Positions 49,501 through 61,195 of a stretch of DNA of 64,000 bases are shown piece by piece; within the stretch, counting starts at the first letter, position 1; each line of letters opens with the position of its first letter. The stretch is from the NCBI RefSeq assembly GCF_006345805.1, contig NC_043002.1, positions 35,526,001 through 35,590,000 of the forward strand. The letters run 5' to 3'. The DNA is from Octopus sinensis. Its lineage: Eukaryota. The notes beneath the pieces were generated by a model. The model had not been told where the DNA came from, did not search any database, and was given only the letters and a program-made list of their open reading frames with translations. A program made the translations under genes and the position numbers.

Positions 49501-50767
49501 AAGCAACAACAACAAACATACGTCATATTGTGTGTCCCTTAATGTTTGATGTTCAGGAGCACCAAACATTAAGAGGTTCAATTGTAGCAAGCTCAGTAGT
49601 TCCAATATTTGTAGGGATTTTGATCACTCTCTAACTGTCAAACCAAAAGCTTCAGTGGCATTTAATCACCATAGTGGCTAGCATAGATAACAAATGATCT
49701 CCTTAAATTCCACACTCTGTGAATTAAATCTTTGGAATCAAAGGGGAAAAATATGAAAATCAGTTTGGTGTGAACTTCTCAGTTAGTAAGCTCCTCAATG
49801 ACATGCACATGGTCAAATGAGCAACTCTGGCAGTCTCTTGTCCACACTCTTAAAAAGCAGTGATGTATACATTAGAGTGAAGCTGAATCTGTTGTAAAAA
49901 GTGGATTATAAAAGCTCAAGAAATCCATATGCATACAAAAGGGCATGATATCTCACACGCAATTTCTGAGCTGCAATAAAGATCTTCTATGGTTCCAGTC
50001 AAGTCATCAGACAACACACTTCCTGAAAGACCAGTCAACAATGATGGCATGCTCAGAATAATTCTTAAAGTGGTGGATCCAACAATCATGGATGAATCTT
50101 GTGCAATGCCTATGAGCCACCACTTAAATGACCCTCAATTTTTGCTAGAGTTATTGCTGCCATAAAATAACAAGAAATTCTTGAACTAGATAACAGTCTA
50201 GCAGAGATCTGGTAGGTGAATGGTTATCCGTGCACAAGTGCCGTTCATAGCTACGTCATAGAGCCATGAGATAAGAAAGATTACCCCTTGATATTGGAAT
50301 GATGCTAACATTGCCATTGTGTACAAAAGTAAGGGAGGTAAATCTGTTTGTTCAGACTGTAGGAGTATAGTACTCCTGTCTATTGCTGTGAAGCCTTGGT
50401 CGTGATAATGTTTAAAAGACGAATTCAGTCTATACAAGAAACTGTCACAGTGTAGGTTACTGAGATATAGTCGACAAGTTCTTTGTTTTATGGCACTTCA
50501 CGAAAACTACAAGAAACCTGTTTGCGGCATTTGTGGATCTGTTAAAGATTTTTGATACTAAGTAGGAAACTTAAGCAGAATGCTCTTAAAAATTGCTTGC
50601 CCACCTGCATTTGTGAATCTCTTCTGCCAGTTTCACACAGGGATGATGAATCAAGTTGTTGTAGGAGGAAAATGTCTGAATCAAACTTATTAAATAATAT
50701 ATGTAACTCTTACCAAATGTGTTGAGTGCTACTTTCTTTTGTTTGTCCACTCACTCGTGTGTGTAAC

Positions 50768-50824
<57 letters not shown>

Positions 50825-51169
50825 CGAAATCGATCAACATCAATGGAAATTGCAGCTGTGATACCAGTGCCGGTGGTACGAAAGAGAACCATCCGAACGT
50901 GGCCGTTGCCAGCGCTGCCCCGACTGGCCTCGTGCCAGTGGCACATAAAAAGCACCATCCGATCGTGGCCGTTTGCCAGCCTTGTCTGGCACGTAAAAAG
51001 CACCCACTACACTCACGGAGTGGTTGGCGTTAGGAAGGGCATCCAGCCATAGAAACATTGCCAGATCAGACTGGGCCTGGTGCAGCCTTCTGGCTTCCCA
51101 GACCCCAGTTGAACCGCCCAACCCATGCTAGCATGGAAAGCGGATGCTAAACGAAGATGATGATGATGA

Positions 51170-51243
<74 letters not shown>

Positions 51244-54200
51244 GCACATCACAGTTGCTCATATATCTCACTTGACATATTGTTGCCAGTGCTTTGTTTC
51301 CACATGCTACTACCTCACTTTTGTGTGCCATTACAGCACTATTACATTTTACTGAGCCACTGTCTTGTGTCTTAACTGTCACTCATCACCATCTCTCTGT
51401 CATTATACTACATGTTACTGATCGCTGTCTTGATTCTTATTTTTAGCTGAACCTGCGGCTGATACTGCTAAAATCTGGTCCCTCTCTGCTAATGACTTGG
51501 ATGATGATGATCTCTTGGACTCTGATACCCTCCTGAATGAAGATGATCTGATAAAACCTGATCCAAGTTCCTTAAAAGGTGAGTGACTGTTTCCTTAGTA
51601 ACTGTAATTATATCTTTTACTTGTAGCATAACCTCTTTTAGTGCTTCATACACATACACACACCAAGAATACAACAAGTGTTTTGCAATCATTTTCCCTG
51701 CTAAAGGAACCCCATAAATCTTTTTCGGTTTGTCCTTTTCCCTACATCACCCTTTGCCAATTTGTTGCCCTCATTTCCTCTTCTGTCACCTGTAGCTATG
51801 TTTTTCTCAGTCTTTCTCTTTCTCTACTTTCTTCTACATTTATTTCCAGTAATTTCATTCATTCACTTTCCTCCTTCTTTAGTAACATGAACCAGTCGGT
51901 TTGTCTTATCTATCACTGATTCAGTTTCCTTTATTCTCCTTTATTCATTCTTTATCTCTGACATTCCTGCTAATGCTGAACTACACTTGAAAGGTTGTGT
52001 CTTTCAAATTGCTTGATTAAATATTAGAGGTTAAATATAGCTCCAAATTTTGTGAAATCCTCAGATTAGGTTCAGCCCCCTAATTTGAATGCTTATAAAA
52101 TCAGAACCATACACAGAAGCTGAAATTTTCAAGATTGATTAGGCACAAAGACACCAGTGAAAATTTTCAGACAATTTGAAAGACACCATCTTTCATTATG
52201 ATTGTCATTAGGCAGTGAGCTGGCAGAATCTTCAGTGTGCTGGACGAAATGCTTAGAAGTATTTCGCCCGTCACTACATTCTGTGTTCATATTCTGCTGA
52301 GGTCATCCTTTCAGGGTCGCTAAATTAAGTACCAGTGAAACACGGGTCGATATAACCAACAAATTAGGCCTTGTTCCTCTAGTAGAAAGGATTATTATTA
52401 TTGTCATTGTTAAGGTGGTGAGCTGGCAGAATCATTTGCACATTGGGTGAAATGCTTAGCAGTATTTCGTCTGCCGCTACATTCTGAGTTCAAATTCCAC
52501 TGAGGTCGACTTTGCCTTTCATCCTTTTGGAGTTGATAAATTAAGTACTGATGCTGATCTAATCGACTCATCCCTTCCACCAAAATTTCAGGCTTTGTGC
52601 CTATATTAGAAAGGATTATTATTGTTTTTGTTAATAGAGCAATGGGATGGTACAACTATAGAATACCAAGCAAAGCAAAATGCTTTGCAATGAGCCTGCA
52701 TCACTGTTTCACTGCTATGCCTATCTGTGTAACTGTCTTATGTCTCACCCCAAAAAAGCTATTATTTCTGTCAACATGCTGTATTATTTTGTTAATTGCT
52801 GTTTTTAGAAATAGCAGCTAAATTTCAAAATTACCATATCAAACAATTGGACAGTGTAATCCCTGATATGCAAAAAAGATAGGTTGGTCATATCTTTAAT
52901 GCTAGGTCTTCTCCCACAGAGCTGACCTGGGGCTAAACAGCAAAATAAATTATTTTCTGCATTCAAATCCTGTTGTCTTAGAATTTACCATGTATTCCTC
53001 TGAGATCAACAAAATAATACCTGTCAAGTGCTGGGGTTGATATAATACCCACCAAAATTTATCGCCTTTTACATATGTGGCCAGCTCTGAATGAGCAGAC
53101 CTATGATCAAAGATATTTCTAGTTGTGTTCATTTTGTCTTTTTAGGGGTATTAGGGGTTAACTTTGATATCTGTGTTCTTTCTTTATTTCAGAAAGTTTC
53201 TTTTCCTGTTACAGTCATTAAGTGGTGGGGCATCACCTTGAGGGGTTTTACTCAAACAAATTGATCACTGTAGTTACTTTTTTTTATTTAAAAATCTGGT
53301 ACTTATTTTATTAGTCACTTTTACCAAATCACTAAGTTATAATGTAGACAAATCTACAATGGTTGACAAGTGATGTGTGTAGCACAAACACAGACACATT
53401 CACACACACATTGGTTTGAACTGTGGTTGTAGTGTTATGGTAGTAATGTGGTGACCATAGCAACAGTGCTCATGTCTCAACATACTGATTGTAATTGTCT
53501 AGAGGTGTTTAACTCCAGGTTGGTCCTGATCAAGCAAATTTATAATGTAAGACATTCCTGTCATGATCATACCTTGTATTTTTGTCTTGGTATAGTCTAC
53601 CTAGGATTGTATTATCCAGTACTCCATTTTTTTTAAGATGGTGGGTTCTCATTAGAATATTAGGACAATTTTCTAGACAATTACCCACTTCAACCTATAC
53701 TACAACTTCAATGTACACCACATCTTTAGCCTACATCACACCACAACTCTTATCACTTCAACATACATGACACTGCAACAGTAGCTGTTGACTTATAATA
53801 GTTTAAATAAAACAATGCCATCATCCTCATTGGCTTCAGTGGGCCTGCAAAGGTCATGGGCATTGTAAAGAAAAAAAATATCTTATAAAGGTTCCCTCAT
53901 AGTGATGTTGGTGACACTTAGCAACGACAATAACACTATGTGACATGATTTTTGTCCATGGGTAGCAACTGTTATTTCCTATTTGCTTACCACTAAAAAG
54001 TGTGAAAAATGGCTAATATTTCCTTCAGACTTTGCTTTGTAATATATATTCAAACCCTAAAGAATCCCTCTTAACACTGCTACTGCTCGTGATCAGTGAT
54101 GTACATATTATCAGGCACTAAGGGACATGGTTAAGTGATTAAGGTCAAGCAACTGACAAGCAAATCTGTGGTATTGAGCAGAATATTTGCTATAATGATA

Positions 54201-55076
54201 TTTGTTTTAGTAAATTCAGTGCTGAATTTTTCTGAAATGTAATCTTCAGTTTCAAAACATTGACGTACAAGTCACAAAAGAAAGGAACAGTTGTCATTTT
54301 CTTTGATTTCTAAGATAGAAGCAAATAGGAAATAACACTAACTGACCAAAGATAAGAATCGAAAAATAAAAATTTTGTTACACAGTTTGTTAAGCAACCA
54401 TTGATCCCCCTTCTCTCTCTTTTTCAGTTGTTGTTGTTGTTGTGGTGGTAATGCTAGTAGTCTACAATAGTCACAGCTTGTGCTTTTCGTGTTGGTAGAA
54501 GTTTACTGTAACAATAGTTATTGTTGTAGTGTTGATTATAATTTTTAGTAGTATCAATAGTGTTGTGGCAGAAGTTGTAGGATGATACTAGTTGTAGGAT
54601 GATACTTTTCAATAGTAACAGTAGTTGCTGTGTGATAGTAGTGGTGTAGGTGGTAGTAGTAGTAGTTTACAGTAGCAATAGTTGTGATATTGGTGGTAAT
54701 TTATAGCAATGACTGTGGTGATGTTAAGTGGAGGCTTTATCATGGTGGTTTCGCATGATAATCTTTGAGTCACTATGAACAAATATAATACACACATACA
54801 ATATATGTGTGTATGTGTGTGTATATATATATTATGTATGTGTGTGTGTATATGTATGTTATGTATGTGTGTGTGTATATGTATATTATGTATGTGTGTG
54901 TATATGTTTATCATGTATGTGTGTATATGTATATTATGTATGTGTGTGTGTATATGTATATTATATATGTGTGTGTATATGTATGTTATGTATGTGTGTG
55001 TGTATATTATGTATATGTGTGTATATGTATATCATGTATGTGTGTGTATATTTATGTGTGTGTGTATATATATAAT

Positions 55077-55115
<39 letters not shown>

Positions 55116-55675
55116 GTGTATATATATATATATTATATATATATTGAAATCGAAATTGAACCAAATTCGATGACTGGCACCTGTGCCAGTGGAGCGCTAA
55201 CAGCTCCCACTGAGTGGGATCACTGCCAGAGCAACTGTCTGGCTTCCATGCCGGTGGGCATGTAGAAAGCACCATTTGAGCATGATCGTTACCAGTGTCG
55301 CCTTACTGGCACTTGTACTGGTGGCATATGAACAAAACATTTGAGTGAGGTCGTTGCCAGTGCCGCTGGACTGACTCCTGTGCAGGTGGCATGTAAAAAA
55401 CACAGTTTCGAGCGTGGCCGTTGCCAGTACCGCCAGAGTGGACCTCGTGCCGGTGGCATGTAAAAGCACCCACTACACTCTCGGAGCGGTTGACATTAGG
55501 AAGGGCATCCAGCTGTAGAAACTCTGCCAGATCAGATTGGAGCCTGGCGCAGCCATCTGGTTCACCAGTCCTCAGTCAAATCGTCCAACCCATGCTAGCA
55601 TGGAAGGCAGATATTAAATGATGATGATGATGATATATATAGTGTATGTGTGTGTATATGTATATATTATGTATG

Positions 55676-55716
<41 letters not shown>

Positions 55717-55768
55717 GCATGTGTGTGTATATATATATTATGCATGTGTGTGTATATATATATTATGC

Positions 55769-55819
<51 letters not shown>

Positions 55820-55947
55820 ATAAAATGTATATTTGTGTATATATATATGTATATAATGTATGTATGTGTATATATATATGTATATAATGTATGTATATGT
55901 GTATATATGTATGTAATATGTGTATATATATATGTATGTAATGTATG

Positions 55948-56003
<56 letters not shown>

Positions 56004-58352
56004 ATGTATGTATGAATGTCTATATGTGTATGTATATGTGTGTGTGTATACTTGCATACATACCTGCACATGTGTGCTCACACATACACACACCTACCTA
56101 TTTCAAGGTGTTATCTCTTATTATAACTCACTTTCTCTCTCACACTTTCCCTTGTTGCCCCCCTCTCTCTGTCCTTCTTCTTCGTATTACATGCTACTTC
56201 TACCACCTATCACAGTGCTTCTCTGCTCACATCCTCTTTCTCGCCACCACCAATCTCCACCATCAACCACAATCTCTGCAACCCTTGTGTACATTCTAAA
56301 CATCTCAAACTACCAGATATAAACTGAGATCTGATACCACTAACACAGTGATACAATAACCCTGAGTTGGTGTCTGTCTGTCTATCTGTGTCTGATGGTG
56401 TTGGTAGTGATGGCTGGGTGTAGAGGCTGTTGGTGTATTCTTACAATGCTAGAAATAGCAGCACTGTTGTTGGGATGTATTTTAAGTGGTGGTAGTGAGG
56501 GAGAGGTTTTTATTTATTTTTTTTTTTGGTGGAGATGATTATGTATTTGTTGCTATGTTGTTTAGCCCTAGGTTGGCTATAATCCAGTAGACTTATGGTT
56601 AGACATTCCAGATGTGATCATCTTTTTTTTTATTAATTTTTATTCTTGTACAATATAATTTCAAATGTGTATCTAAAACTACAATATGCCATATGTCTTG
56701 TTTGTTTTTTTAATACTGTAAGATGATTTGAGGGAGATTTGGCTACTTTTTCTTGCAGGTCAAATGACTGCATAGAAGCTTCCTCATTGGCTTGTATGTT
56801 GTTATTGATGGTGGTGTTGGATGTTGTTGTTTGACCCCAGGCCAACCCTGATTGAGCAGATCTATGATCAATAACAATCCAGCCATAACCAACCTGTCTT
56901 TTCCCTATTACAGGAAACTCCAGGTCCTTTTTGTTTTAGGATTATAGGTTGTTATTTGAGGGATATATGGCTGTTATTTCTAGCAAATTGACTGCTTACT
57001 TAGAGGTGGCCAGAGGTGGATATTGTTGATGATGATAGTTTAATTGATAATGTAGCAATAGCTGTTATAGAGTAATCTCAGGCCAACCCTACCATGTAGT
57101 TTAGTGTGGTAGAATTTTAATGTAGTGTACAATTATGAATAGTATTTGTTGTTTAACCCCATTTTTTTAAAACATTATCCAATGTATCCTTCAAATATTT
57201 AACATTGTCGGATTTGATTTTAGGGAAATTTAGCTATTTATCACAGTTCAAATTATCTGTACAGGCTCTGTTATTGGGTCACTGATGAAGTTATCCAGTT
57301 TTTAATTTTTTTTTTTTTGATAGTGTAATTGTGTAGTAACTTATTTCCTAACAGGTCGCTGTTGGGAAACAAACTTGTTTAGTGTATTTTTTATGGTGAG
57401 ATTGAAAAGGGATTGCCTTACTTGTGAATACTAACAACACACAAAATATTTTTTTATTAGAAAAACGTATTTTTTTTTGTTTTTTTGTTTCTGGTGGAGA
57501 ATTCTCATTGATACTCACAGCCATACATACATGTGTGTGAGCATCCTGCTTGAGTAACATGTACTCTGGTGACAGTGTGTGGTGTGTGAGATGGACTTCT
57601 ATTCAGTTTCCATCCACTGGATCCCACTCAAAATCATTTGTTGGTCTTAAGCTATTGTGGAAGCAAATGAGCTATGGTCTATGATCGAAGGCATTCTGGC
57701 CTTGATCATCTGATTATTATGTATATTAAGGATGTGTATTGTTGTTGATAGCATTGCAAATTGTTGTTGTTCTTGTTTAGCTTCAGTTCAGTTCTGACTA
57801 AGAAGACCTATAATCAAAGGCATTTTAGCCATGTCTATCTTGGTTTTTTCCTATATGCAGAGGAACTAAGATCATGTTATCCAACATGTCATTTTCTAAG
57901 ATTGTAGGATGTGATATGAGGGAGATAGGGTTGCTATATCTAGCAGATTGAACAACCACCTAGATACTTCTTCATTGACCTGTATTGCAGAAGGTTTTCT
58001 GTGGTTATGGTGGCATTCCAAATGCAACCATTTAGTCTCTTTCTATCAGTCTGTATAACTATCTACACTATATCCATCCATCCATCACTCTATCTAACTA
58101 TCTATCTGTTTATCTCTCTGTATGTCTATCTGTTTTTCTCTATATTGATCCTTCCATCTATCCCTTAATCTATTTATCTGTATATTTATCTACTTATCTA
58201 CCTGCTTAACTATCTCTCTGTACATCTGTTTTTCAGCTGACTGTGGTGGAAGCAGGAAAAAGAAAAGGGCTTGCAAAAATTGTACATGTGGCCTGGCAGA
58301 AGAGTTAGATGGAGAAAACAGACCAGCTATGCCAAAATCTGCTTGTGGCAAT
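40427..58352 (+). CDS. CIAPIN1: Anamorsin / CIAPIN1 (Dre2) Fe-S cluster assembly protein, spliced, 3'-incomplete: join(40427-40586,44516-44730,47823-47979,51447-51578,58237-58352)
   Basis: GT-AG introns with matching phases give 780 nt (260 codons). Anamorsin-type N-terminal domain ([19 protein letters not shown]), acidic linker ([34 protein letters not shown]), and Cys motifs [21 protein letters not shown] and PKSACGN. Confidence 0.95.
41007..41405 (-). mobile_element. Helitron/Helentron-like element, inverted copy of the 20380-20776 family
   Basis: Ends CCCGAGCAACGCCGGGCGATACTGCCAGT; internal sequence closely matches the reverse complement of 20590-20760. Confidence 0.65.
41420..42300 (-). 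mobile_element. Degraded RTE LINE 3' portion
   Basis: [10 protein letters not shown]...[16 protein letters not shown] and ...[12 protein letters not shown]...[19 protein letters not shown]. Confidence 0.88.
44240..44437 (+). mobile_element. Partial MITE (piggyBac-like end ...AAATGCTAAAGAGTAA)
   Basis: Resembles a repeat I recognise as abundant in Octopus; one terminus only. Confidence 0.4.
44516..44730 (+). CDS. CIAPIN1: Anamorsin coding exon 2
   Basis: TTGCTAG acceptor and GTAAGT donor, 215 nt, phase 1 to 0; [14 protein letters not shown]...[15 protein letters not shown]. Confidence 0.92.
47581..47739 (+). mobile_element. RTE 3' terminus
   Basis: GGTTGGCATTAGGAAGGGCATCCAGC...CATGCTAGCATGG...GGACGTTAAACGAT(GAT)n. 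Confidence 0.88.
47823..47979 (+). CDS. CIAPIN1: Anamorsin coding exon 3
   Basis: TTTTGCAG acceptor and GTAAGG donor, 157 nt, phase 0 to 1; LPEVKLSD...[16 protein letters not shown]. Confidence 0.92.
50270..50680 (+). mobile_element. Old LINE reverse-transcriptase fragment (RTE-like)
   Basis: [33 protein letters not shown] ... LFAAFVDL resembles the RT entry motifs W.DA.I..YK.KG....NYRGISLLS and FVDL.KAFD. Confidence 0.7.
50820..51170 (+). mobile_element. RTE 3'-UTR-derived element embedded in (TA)n
   Basis: Three GGCAC(G/A)TAAAAAGCACC-type units, conserved RTE terminus and (GAT)n tail; (TA)n on both sides. Confidence 0.88.
51447..51578 (+). CDS. CIAPIN1: Anamorsin coding exon 4 (acidic linker)
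   Basis: TTTTTAG acceptor and GTGAGT donor, 132 nt, phase 1 to 1; [44 protein letters not shown]. Confidence 0.94.
52210..52625 (+). mobile_element. Two head-to-tail tRNA-derived SINEs
   Basis: Heads GCAGTGAGCTGGCAGAATC (about 52211) and GGTGGTGAGCTGGCAGAATC (about 52414), each ending in GAAAGGATTATTA. Confidence 0.8.
54790..56060. repeat. TA/TG minisatellite tract interrupted by an RTE 3'-UTR element
   Basis: TATGTATGTGTGTGTATATG-type units at 54790-55143 and 55634-56060. Confidence 0.9.
55145..55633 (+). mobile_element. RTE 3'-UTR-derived element with four-unit array
   Basis: GGTGGCATGTAAAAAGCACC-like cores about every 65 nt, RTE terminus and (GAT)n tail. Confidence 0.88.
58237..58352 (+). 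CDS. CIAPIN1: Anamorsin coding exon 5 (Fe-S motif 1, start of motif 2)
   Basis: TTTTTCAG acceptor and GTATGT donor, 116 nt, phase 1 to 0; [39 protein letters not shown]. Confidence 0.95.
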
Positions 58353-58457
58353 GTATGTATTGTGTTTTTATTTACTCTGTTTTAGTGATTCTATCGAGTA
58401 GAAAAAAACCCCAGCTGATATAGTGAGCCTGGTATTCATTTTCAGTTCACCTCACTT

Positions 58458-58579
58458 CATCATCATCATCGTTTAACGTCCGCTTTCCATGCTAGCATGG
58501 GTTGGACGGTTCAACTGGGGTCTGGGAAGCCTGAAGGCTGCACCAGGCCAGTCAGATCTGGCAGTGTCTGACTGGCCTG
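58458..58579 (-). mobile_element. Short RTE 3' terminus with snap-back 5' junction
   Basis: (CAT)n-CGTTTAACGTCCGC...; ends CAGGCCAGTCAGA-N10-TCTGACTGGCCTG. Confidence 0.88.
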
Positions 58580-59325
58580 CTAAAAAGTTCAACTCTAATT
58601 TAGCATACCTTATAGTCAGAGGCGTTTGACTCTTGACCATCCTGTATGTTTATCTGCTAAGCCACACCTAGAACCTCATTGCCCAATGCAGTCTTTACTA
58701 AGGCAGTACTGTTTAACTTGAGAAGAGGAGGATGGCTATGATTAGCAGGTCAAACAACTCTGTAGAGTCTTATTTATTGGGTCATGTTTTTTTTTATCTT
58801 GTCTCAGTCATTAGACTGTGGCCTTGCTGAGGCACTCTGTGAAAGGTTTACTTGAGCAAACTGACCCTGGTACTTATTCTATCATGCTCTTTTTGTTAAA
58901 TTATGGGGGTATAAACAAGCATTGGTAGTCAAGTGATGGTGGCAGACAAACACAAAGATGCATGCACACAGACACACACACACACACACATGTACTCAAA
59001 CAAAAAGCTTCTTTTAGTTGTCTACTAAATCCACTCACAAGGCTTTGGTCAGTTCAGGGCTGTAGTAGACTCTTGCGCCTAAGGTGTCACATAGTGGGAC
59101 TAATCCTAGAATCATGTGGTTGGCAAGTAAACTCCTTACCACACACTCACATAGATATTCTTGGGGAAGGCGGATGGCAGAATCAGTAAAACATTGGACA
59201 GAATGCCTTGTGATATTTAGTTATCTCTTTTGTCTGTCTGTCTCTCCCTATATACACACACACACACAATTAATTACTCATTATGTTACAGTGTAAGTGG
59301 TTGGGTATTCCTCACACTTAAACCC

Positions 59326-59546
59326 TTAACCCTTTCGTTACTGTATTTATTTTGAGATGCTCTGTGCTTCTTTCAATTGTTTTAAATATAACAGAATTTA
59401 GTAAAATAACTTAGTTATCATTAAGCTAGTGTTAGGAATATAAATTGCAACTAAGGTTTGGTGGTATATTTTAATGCAAAACTTATGAAAACAAGACATT
59501 TGTACTACAGAGCCAGTTTTGGCCGGGTTGGTAACGAAAGGGTTAA
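59326..59546. mobile_element. piggyBac-type MITE
   Basis: TTAA|CCCTTTCGTTAC ... GTAACGAAAGGG|TTAA: perfect 12-bp TIRs with TTAA target duplication. Confidence 0.9.
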
Positions 59547-61137
59547 TGTAACTATTAGGCAAAATGAGTGTGACAATAATGTGTGATAAGGCTGGGCCCT
59601 TTTTGAATTACAGGTATAGTTCCATTCCCTCAAACAGGTTTCCAAATACTTTCTGTCTAAGCAATTTCACTTACAAAGCTTGAGGTCATCTTGATGCTAT
59701 TGTAAAAAAAACACTTATTCAAAGTGCCTTGCAGTTGAATTTGAACCCAGAACATTGGACTGATAAGTAAAATTCTTGGCCTTGCATACACATTTTATAT
59801 AATGTTCTATTGTATTACCTAGTTATATTAAATTTTATGTCTAAACATTTGAACTGTAAACAGAAACCAAAGTAGATACTATAGCCAACACATTCAACTA
59901 GCTTCTTATCTATTTTGCCAACTCTGCCACCCAATGTTAGACTGTCAGTAACAATAAAAATGATTATTTGTTGATTTTTTCTTTTTTTTTTGTTGCTACT
60001 TGTCTGAGAAACAATTAGAAATTGTTAAAATAGATTACTGTGTGAATTCATCATAGACATCCACATACCCAACTCCACACCTATGTGCGTATTAACTTAC
60101 ACACACACACACACACATCTTTTGACCTTTCCTGTAAAGGTCTTGAGAAGTTTTTTTTTGTTTATTTTTCTAACCAAATTTTTGCCATACATTCTAATCT
60201 CTAAAACCTGTGTGTATGTGTGTGTGCTTGCTTGTGCACACACATTATATAGATATATATAAAAATGACCATCTAACCAGCTATGTCATCATCATCATTT
60301 TAACATCCATTTCTCTGGGCCCACATGGGTTAGATGAAATTTGTTGAGGCAGATTTTCTACAATCAGATGCCCTTCTTGTCATCAAGCACCCTCCTGTTT
60401 CTAAGCAAAGTAACATTTCCCCATGGCCAGATGTATTTTCCCAAAAGTTTTGAAATGAAAGACACTGCTTGTATCATGGTGAAACTCATTTACAACACTC
60501 ATATAATGTCAAGAGAAGGAGACACCAATACACACAAACATACATGCACATACACATAAATATACATATATACCACATACATACAATGGGTTTCTTTCTG
60601 TTTCTGTTACCAAATCCACACACAAGGCTTTGGTCAGACCAATGCTATGGTAGAAGACACTTGTCCATGCTGTCACATTGTGGGACTGAAGCTGGAATAT
60701 GAATTTGAGAAGCAAGTTTCTTAATCATATATATATATATTTTCAAGGATGTATGCCTTGCCAAGTGGTTAAGAAGTTAACTATATAGTCACAAGCTCTT
60801 AGATTTCATTTCACTGTATGCCAACATATGGGCAGGTTCTTTTTTTTTTTTGTATCATAGTCTGGAGTTGATTAAAGCTCTGTGAATGAAATTAGGTAGA
60901 TGGGAACTGTGGCATCCTATCAGTTGTACTGCAGCCCTATTCTAAGTTAGCTCTTACCATGTCACCTTTTGTCTTAAGCTGATCTAGGTTGTTAATTTAA
61001 GAGTAAGTAGGGATAAAAGTGAATGCTCATTTTTAAAACTGAGTTAATAGAAGTGAACGCTCATCGTTAAAACTGATGAGAAGGGGTACTATCATACATA
61101 TATTTGTCCGTGCATGTGTATGTGTATACACACACTC

Positions 61138-61195
<58 letters not shown>

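Noticed and set aside
34215-52625. tRNA-like A/B-box sequences
   Set aside because: They are SINE heads followed by SINE body and tail, and they do not form complete cloverleaves.
55646-56299. Long ORFs (217 aa; also 54775-55265, 22324-22586, 51013-51382, 61076-61342)
   Set aside because: These are translations of TA/TG microsatellites (YIYI/CVCV), with no protein signal.
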